NCBI GenBank assembly: GCA_002811645.1
Contig: PDIP01000022.1
Location: forward strand, 235,365 to 299,364
DNA from: Corallochytrium limacisporum Hawaii
Lineage: Eukaryota; Protista; Pluriformea
DNA length: 64,000 nucleotides
Direction of reading: 5' to 3'
Shown here: one piece after another, positions 1 through 7,800 of the stretch
How the letters are laid out: each line of letters begins with the position of its first letter
How positions within the stretch are numbered: position 1 is the stretch's first letter
Notes under the pieces: generated by a model
Told to the model about the DNA's origin: nothing
Database searches by the model: none
What the model saw: the letters and a program-made list of their open reading frames with translations, nothing else
Made by a program: the position numbers and the translations under genes

Positions 1-1513
1 GGTACCCAAGGGCAATGAAATAGACGATGCCAAGGACGCATCCAAAACCACCTGCGAAGATTTTGTACACTGTACTATTCCCCTCTCCAAACACGGTCGC
101 ATAGATTAGGTACACGTTGGCCATGATGACAACGCTGCTCAAAATACTGCAGGTGATGATCATTCGGTAGGAATTGACAAACCGTCCCATAATTTCTGGG
201 TCCGACGTGAAACGAAGAAGGGGAACTAACGCAAATGGAAGTTGGAAACTTAGTATGACTGAGGAGACAACAATTAGGAGGTTGGCACCGCGATCTCCAG
301 CCAGCAAACAAATCAGAAGTGACGGACCAATGGCAACCGTCCGAGTCAAAATGTTTCGCTTCCATGCAGCAATTTTGATCTTCAGAAATCCATCCATGAC
401 AAACTGACCCGCAAAAGTGCCGGTAATCGTGCTGCTTTGTCCACTGGCAAGTAGAGCAATGGCAAAAAGGACACTTGCAGCGTGTCCCAAAGAGTGACCA
501 AGCAGGTCTGACGCCTGTTCGAACCCGATGGAGTCAATGTCTTTGACAATACTCCAATTGTTCTCTTTCGATGGGAAAAAGACCGATGCTGCGCTAATAA
601 TGACTGCCACGTTAATAATGAAGCTGACCACTAAACCGATAGCACATTCTACCGCTGTGTAAAAGTTTGCCCATTTAACTTGAATATCGCATCGACGATC
701 AATATGACGCGTCTGCACCAAAGCACTGTGCAAGTACAGATTATGCGGCATCACTACGGCACCGATAAGGGAAATGGCAATGAAAAGCTGATCGATATGG
801 ATGACAGGCAGAAATCCTGAAAAGAAGTTACCGCAATAGTTCCCCGGGCAATCTGGAGCACCAGGTTCACACTCAAGCTTCTGATACCATTCCTCGTCAC
901 TCATGCAGTCCGCATTGAACCAAGTTACTGGAGAAAGGATCGCCTCAACAATAAAGCAAATTCCCATAATTCCAACAAACGCCGTAATCAGAGCCTCCAG
1001 CTTTTGTATACCAAACGCTTGGATTCCAAGGAAGATCATTGTGTTCACACTGGTGACCAGCACTCCAGCCCACAATGGCATGTCAAATAGCATTTTAAGG
1101 GCGAATGCAGAACCAACAACCTCTGGTATATCACTAGCAATGATGGCTAATTCACTAATAATCCATAGCCCGATAGTGGTCCGCGTGCGATGTCCATATT
1201 CTTGCCTACAGCATTCTGCCAAGTGGAGTCCAGTGACTGTACCCAGACGCGCGGCCAAGATCTGAAGAAGTAAGGCAAGCCCACTTGCCATTGCCAGAAC
1301 CCATAACAGAGAATAATTGAATGCAGCTCCCGAAATGATATCGCTCAGGAAGTTACCTGGATCAATATATGCAATGGATACTACAATGCCGGGTCCCAAA
1401 AAATGCGCTAATGTGGTCCAGCTAAATTTATCGTCTGCGATTCCATGAGGCAGTACAGGAGGCGCTGAGGCCTGCTTGACCATTTTCTGGATCTTATTCA
1501 TAATATACTCCAT
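1..1513 (-). CDS. NRAMP: NRAMP/SLC11 divalent metal transporter (3' end runs off the window)
   Basis: Not in the ORF track because it is truncated. Manual translation from ATG 1513 gives MEYIMNK...FLGPGIVVSIAYIDPGN (TM1 DPGN) and GAVVMPHNLYLHSALVQTR (TM6). The same frame is open at the window edge (FAGGFGCVLGIVYFIALGY). Confidence 0.96.
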   Translation of the reverse strand, partial: MEYIMNKIQKMVKQASAPPVLPHGIADDKFSWTTLAHFLGPGIVVSIAYIDPGNFLSDIISGAAFNYSLLWVLAMASGLALLLQILAARLGTVTGLHLAECCRQEYGHRTRTTIGLWIISELAIIASDIPEVVGSAFALKMLFDMPLWAGVLVTSVNTMIFLGIQAFGIQKLEALITAFVGIMGICFIVEAILSPVTWFNADCMSDEEWYQKLECEPGAPDCPGNYCGNFFSGFLPVIHIDQLFIAISLIGAVVMPHNLYLHSALVQTRHIDRRCDIQVKWANFYTAVECAIGLVVSFIINVAVIISAASVFFPSKENNWSIVKDIDSIGFEQASDLLGHSLGHAASVLFAIALLASGQSSTITGTFAGQFVMDGFLKIKIAAWKRNILTRTVAIGPSLLICLLAGDRGANLLIVVSSVILSFQLPFALVPLLRFTSDPEIMGRFVNSYRMIITCSILSSVVIMANVYLIYATVFGEGNSTVYKIFAGGFGCVLGIVYFIALGY

Positions 1514-4500
1514 TTTGCCTGATTGACGATCCTCCTCGCTATCAGAAGGCCGGCCTTCGTCACCTAACAGAGGTCTTCGATCGTCGTAGTGATGTCTATG
1601 CAGTATGGTGACAATTTTCCTTCTGAAATCTCAGACTAACCGGTTGACTATGACTCTCTCCTCTACTTCGTAATCTACGTGCTTAATCTATTTTACGAAG
1701 CGGCCAGAAGGGTGTTCAAGCTAAACAATAAACGACCCGGAATGAAATTTAATATAAACGGCTCCGTTGTATGGGACTATTTCGTCACCGATTTACATCC
1801 TTGATGTACCTGACAATGGCCTTCCAAAACAGAAACAAGTACTTCTTTTGTGCCACTGCAACCACTTTACTCATCAAACTAATATAATGACTTTGCATTA
1901 GGAATCATCACAATACCCTTGTCCCCGACGCGCAAAACGATGGGCACTACATGTGACGTGCCTATGTGTATATTCTGTTGATATTACTGGCTTGGAACAG
2001 CTCCCACCAACATTTGCGAGTAGTGCATCACGTTGGAAGCCCCAAATTCTATACTCCATCATAGACCCGCCAGTCATTGTGGACCGAAACTTTTCCGCTC
2101 GATATATCCCCAGTTTCGAACTATTCCCCTCCTCATACTGAAAATATCTGAGAAGGCTCGCTATTCGTGCACTATGGATCACATTTGCTTCTACGACGTT
2201 GACGTTGTTGCATAGACGACAAGATCCCCATTTTGTTCGCCTTGGGGGAGGGACCCGCACGAATTTGGAAGCTCCAATAGACAATGAACTGCAATTTCTT
2301 TACTCTGCTGTGGCCATACCTCCTGGATTCCTGTCTTAACCACAGCAACGTCCAAGGTCCGTCTTCTGAGGCACATTTGCTCTTTCCATACCCCAACACA
2401 ATAATTCCTTCTGGTGACTGACTACGACGAACCCTCTGGCACAGGCCGGCCATATGCATTTTGGGGAGGGGACCCCGGACCCATTGTGCCCTGCTGGAAC
2501 CCTTCATTACAAAATACTGGGAACGAATAGAGCAGCAGGATTGAAAAACGACGTGACATCAGCGAAGGGGCGGTCCGGGTCTTGCCCGCGACCCAAAAGA
2601 AAAATTTCATATTTAGCAGATACTAGCGATAGTCTGGATCGAAAAAGTTTTCTTTCCACGGTAGCGCACAGAGTACACTGCAGAGTGTCTCCACACAGCT
2701 GCCCCCCGGGGGGGGGGGGTTTTGCCGGCCGAACGATTTCGGAGTCTTGGGAAATTCCCCGGTTCTTCAACCTTCAGATTTGGCCAAATATTGGGGTGTC
2801 CTCTGTGATCCATCCCTGCTAGGTCCTGGTTTGGTTGGGTGGTGGTGTGAAGACCGGGGAAGTGGGAACCGGGACTCCATATATTCACTATGAACTAAAA
2901 AGTCCGTCCCGGGTTCGTCTGCTCCGGGAAAGGCATAGGAAGAGTGAGCTGATCCCTACCCCCTCCCTTTTTCCGGAGCGGAGCTGTTTCCCATGTAAAT
3001 TAACTGATACCCTTATACCAGCACCGATTATATTTAATTTGAATTGGCAAATTTACCCATGACCGGGCGGAGACCCGAACACATCACTATTCAGAGTTGG
3101 AGTTGGAGACGCCTGCCCACTGCCTGGAACGTTGGCGTATCGATGAGAAATCGAAAAAAAAGACCGTATATTAAGTATGAAAAATATGGTTTGAGCGAAA
3201 TACCCGCGCGCGCGTTTGGTCCACCGAAAAAGGCCAAAAGCGGTGTAGCGAAGGAAGCAAAGGAAGAAACTTCGAAGGAGGGTTCTCCAATATATTTAAT
3301 ATACGTTAAATCTTAAATATAGTGCCCTTAAAAATATTTAATATAGCATTATAATATACTGTATATCTCAAAATTTTATGTAATCACGGTCCTTTCGCTT
3401 TCAAAGTGGAGTGTTCATCACTCCCGGAACCAAATTTGGACCTTGTACCGAAGGCGTTGGGAATTGAGGCGATAGCCGCACGGTTGGCTTGTGTGAGTAC
3501 ACTCTGTGCCCTGCGTTTGCTGACACATTCAATGGGTATGAGGAATCGATGTCGACATATAAAACTTGACCATGGTGCGTATTTTGGATCAACTCAGCCT
3601 GGCACAGATCATTGAAGTGCGGGAGCATTCTTACGGGCCTTATAGATGTCCGACGAAACTCAGAGCATATTGCAATACGTGCGGACTGCGATACTGCTCT
3701 GGACAATATGTCCCGCTTAAAAAACACAGACCACCCGCCCACCGGAGACCAATATTATTTCGGGATTTCATTTCGTATCCAGTGCCAATCTTCGGTATAT
3801 TCACTATACAGACACCGTTGCTGGTTGCATAGTGATTGCCAAACCGGTTCGAAACATTCGAAGTCCGCACACGTTTTCATGCTCTTGTGGTGGGGAAAGG
3901 CATACCCCGGACACGTTCACGGCAGGGTTCACTATACGCGCTGAACCACTGCCCTCAACAATCCCTCATCTATGGATCAATCAAGACATGGTACTCACAT
4001 GTCAGACAGACACTAAGACGGAAGGTCTGGGCGAAAGTGCGCAGTATGCGGCTGTCAAATGCATGCTCTCGTAGATCTGTGACAATAAGCCGGCACTCTC
4101 CCAGCAACTAGAAACCATACTCTTCATTATGGCTTACCGTGGCCAGAGAAGGGGTCGAGGAAAGTTGCAACGGATTTCTATAATAAATGTATACAAAAAA
4201 TGAGTGAAATCGACCTAGATCATTCCGAATTTTTCTGTGGTCTGACGGGTACAGGCAACGCTGATCCAGCCCGTGCCCCACTGACAAAGATCGAAGGAAC
4301 AGAAACTGCCGGAGACAAAAATTACAATACATTCAGTATTGAACTTGTCTCTAATTATTTTAGCTGATTTCAGCCATTCGGGATATTTGCTCGTACGTTG
4401 AGTGGTTCCAAAAATTTCGCGGCGGAGGGTGCAAGTCTAAGCACTTTTTATCGCTCTGACACAGTTCTCAGTACTGAATTAAGAGGATCATTAGGGTCCG

Positions 4501-5464
4501 TGGCTTCTTCGGTGCGGAACGGAAGCTCAGCCCGCGAGGCTTGGGGAAGGGAGCGGGCGGACGATCGAATGCAGCGGGAGTGGCTAATACTCACAACTCT
4601 GGCCTTTGCTTTTCATTTCCAGTAGCTAATGGCCTGACTCTTTTGCTTTCCACGATGGCCTGAGGAGTAAGACGCATAGAGTGGTTCCCGTTTCCTTCAG
4701 CGTGTCTTGAAGGTGCCGGACGAAATAACGAACTTGAGAAGGTTTGTACAATCGTACTACTAGTCTTGAAAACAGTCTGTACCAAATTCCATACAGTCAG
4801 TATTGAAACATAGCGCTGGAGATCCCATGACGTCGGTGAAAATAGGTGTGCCCTCCTCCCCACCCCCCTTCTGCGGGGAGGCAGTGGCGAGCAAGGCTCA
4901 GAAGGGGCTCAGGAACCTTAAAGTGTTGCCGGCGCACCTTTCCCTCGTGGTGTTTTCTATAGTGAATACACCGAGGTTTTCAATTCACTTGGGTCCCGCC
5001 CGGGCCTGCGCACGCACTGAAATAGGCTCGGACGGTCACGAAGGCGCAGCAAGCGTGAAAGCTTCCACTCTGGATCGTTTCGCTCGAGCAGCAAGGGCAT
5101 CGTCGAGATTCAGGTTGGGATGCAGGGTCATCGGACACGTACGCAAAAGTATAACGATGACCAACAATAGGGAAATACCTAAGCAATGGGACCGCAAAGC
5201 GCGGGGACACACCACCGCACCCGGCTCCTGCGTCAGAAAGAACCTTTGCGCAGTCCAGCCTGGATCAGGTACTAGAGATCCGGCACACAGCGTATCATCG
5301 ATCGTTGATACCGCTAGGGTTATGCCCGCCTACGTTTGTTCACGGTGAGCACGGGAGAAAGTTGTTGGTGGAGTTCTGGTGAGTGGCCAAAGGAGTAAGT
5401 TCACGTAGAGTATCTCCGAAGGATTGTTCGCGCAAAGAGAAAGAGAAGAAAGTTTTCACACACC

Positions 5465-7129
5465 ATGAAGTACATTTTCGCGTTGGCTCCTGTCTTTCTG
5501 GCTGTACAGGGTCAGATCCTGTCCTGCCAGAACGCAGAGGAAAGCATTTGTGACTTACCATATGATAAGGTTACATTTGCAGGTGCCAAGCACGCGCTTT
5601 CCTACGCCGAGATGGCAATCGCTTGTGCCCAGACCGCTAAGGAATGCGCTGATGAGGAAACAAAGTGCACAAAGACTGAAAAGAAATGTCTCGCGGGAAC
5701 GGAGGAGCAGTGTAGTTCCCGCTGCACTTCCAAGTTTCTAGGTATCTGCTTCAAGAACGAGACTCGATGCGAGACTGTCTGCAAGGCACCTGAAGAGGAC
5801 GTCTGCGTGGAGGAAGAGACCGAATGCACAGCAGAGCGCGAATACTGTGCCCTCGAGGCCACCCCTGCTACCCAGGATTGCTACTACCGCTACCAGGAAG
5901 TCAACATGGAGACCCAGCTGGCAGATGGAGTGCGCGTTTTTGATCTCGACCTCTGTCTGAATCCCAACAACGCTCCAGCTCTCTGCGTCGGTGATGGTGA
6001 TCTTCAGGCTGTTGGTGCAACCCTAGAGCCGGTACTGGAGAGCCTTCAAGCCTGGCGCTCTGACAACCCTGGTGAAATCGTAACATTGGTTTTTGATACT
6101 CAGAGTCAAGGCGAAGAAGAACTGAGTCTTCTAAGCAAGAACTTTGGTGCTGTCTTGAACGGGAGCGGCTTCAAGGACACCCTTGGACATGCCGAAGCCC
6201 CCGGCAAGTGGCCTACCCTGAAGCAATTAGTTAGCAACGACAAGTCTGTCGTTGTTTTCCTGAAGGACAATCTTTATTTTGCTGAGGGTATGCGCGATGT
6301 CCGCAGTGAGTTGAAGCTCAATTCCTTTTCCGACCACGTTTTCATTCCCGAGAATCTGGAGGCCACGGATGCTGGTGATGCTGTTGAGAAGTACTGTGCC
6401 CAGTACAAAGCTGATGAAGGCGAGAATGCAATCGCTTGGGTCGACTACGTTGCAGTTGTCGATCAACCAAACAACAACAACGAGCTGGCTACTGCCAACC
6501 AGATTACAGCCGCTCTCAATGCTGGCGGAGTTGCCAACGATGTCTGTGTATCTGACAAGCAGGCCATCCTGCACAGGGACTATCCTATTGAGTCAACTGT
6601 CGAGCAGTGCTATGTGAAGAACCGGGCGATCCAGGCCGTGGTTGTGGCTCACTACAATGCTGACATCTTTGGCACTGTAAGCGAACTCAACGACCGTACC
6701 TTTGCTGCTTTCCAGGAGGCTAACCAATCGACCACAGAGCCGTCTTCCACTCCGGCCGCTGCCCCCAGCACGGACTCCGACACCGGCGACGCAAATTCAG
6801 AGTTGAACCCTGGTCTGGGTGAAAACACAGTCTCTGACGGCAATAACGTCAATGGTGGTGTTATTGCGGGTGTTGTTGTTGGCTCGTTGGTAGTTATTGG
6901 TATCATTGTCATGCTTGCAGTCTCCAAGTGGCGTCCCGTCAACAAGGAGGAGGAGAAGTACTACTTTGACGAAGGTGTTTATGGCAATGCTCAGGTTGAA
7001 CAAGATGGTGTATCTCAAGCCACCTACGTCGATTACCCTCAGCCTGCCCACTTTGGCGAAGGTGGCGACCTGAGCAGCCTGGGCAATGGTGTTGGGCCCA
7101 AAACCGATGATCAGCTCCTCAGAAAGTAG
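5465..7129 (+). CDS. Type I membrane protein with PI-PLC X-box-like (PLC-like phosphodiesterase) ectodomain and Cys-rich insert
   Basis: 554-aa ORF with caccATG context. It has a signal peptide, C..LPYDKVTFAG, QLADGVRVFDLD, W..NPGEIVTL and WPTLKQLV..DK.VVVF motifs of PLC-like phosphodiesterases, a Ser/Thr/Pro linker, a TM helix (GGVIAGVVVGSLVVIGIIVMLAV) and a Tyr-containing tail. Confidence 0.85.
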   Translation: MKYIFALAPVFLAVQGQILSCQNAEESICDLPYDKVTFAGAKHALSYAEMAIACAQTAKECADEETKCTKTEKKCLAGTEEQCSSRCTSKFLGICFKNETRCETVCKAPEEDVCVEEETECTAEREYCALEATPATQDCYYRYQEVNMETQLADGVRVFDLDLCLNPNNAPALCVGDGDLQAVGATLEPVLESLQAWRSDNPGEIVTLVFDTQSQGEEELSLLSKNFGAVLNGSGFKDTLGHAEAPGKWPTLKQLVSNDKSVVVFLKDNLYFAEGMRDVRSELKLNSFSDHVFIPENLEATDAGDAVEKYCAQYKADEGENAIAWVDYVAVVDQPNNNNELATANQITAALNAGGVANDVCVSDKQAILHRDYPIESTVEQCYVKNRAIQAVVVAHYNADIFGTVSELNDRTFAAFQEANQSTTEPSSTPAAAPSTDSDTGDANSELNPGLGENTVSDGNNVNGGVIAGVVVGSLVVIGIIVMLAVSKWRPVNKEEEKYYFDEGVYGNAQVEQDGVSQATYVDYPQPAHFGEGGDLSSLGNGVGPKTDDQLLRK

Positions 7130-7800
7130 GGATTAGAAGGCATCCGGCGTATGCCCCCTGGTTGGACGCGTCGGGAACTAACCCATCAATTAACCAGCAT
7201 TTCACATCTTGAACATCTTTTGCCATCACATTATTAAACTAACAAGTATACCTTATCTTTTCATATAAGCACAGCCACCAGCGTAGACCACATACACTCA
7301 TGCCACAGGCCCTACGTCAAATTTCGATGGTTGTATTCTTCTGCCCAGGCGAGAAATCCGACCCAACTTTGGCAGGTGTGTTTCCAACCCCCCCCCAACA
7401 GTGTGACGGGGCTTGTGCTCGTCGCATTCTCACCGCTTTCTGTTCGGAGGCGATGATTTCCTTCATTGCGACTGACCGGTCTTCGCTCACCGGTGCGGGT
7501 CTCACAATTCTGACCACTTGCAAAACAATTGACACTGCACTGACCGCACACTGCATCATTTCTCGTCGGAAGGCTCACCGCCGTCACCGATATATTGATG
7601 TAGGCTGATCATGGGTTGAGATAAAGGTATGTGACTCATGAAATGTTTTGGCAAGTCACTCTTGGGCTACAGCAAAACTGTGATCAGCTCAACTGTATTG
7701 AACATATGTGTCAGGGAGAGTAAGGCCATATGCACAATATGGCCCTGTTCTGAGGAGAACAATTCGCACGTGTTGTGTGGCAATGCAGTAATACATAGCC

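Noticed and set aside
3401-3742. Minus-strand ORF containing VLYVDIDSSYP, resembling the family B DNA polymerase motif DxxSLYP (Polinton/viral)
   Set aside because: Single degenerate motif in a 113-aa ORF; no other polymerase motifs, terminal repeats or viral genes nearby.
4803-5348. 181-aa ORF upstream of the PLC-like gene
   Set aside because: TTG start, lies in GC-rich promoter/leader DNA, no recognisable motifs.
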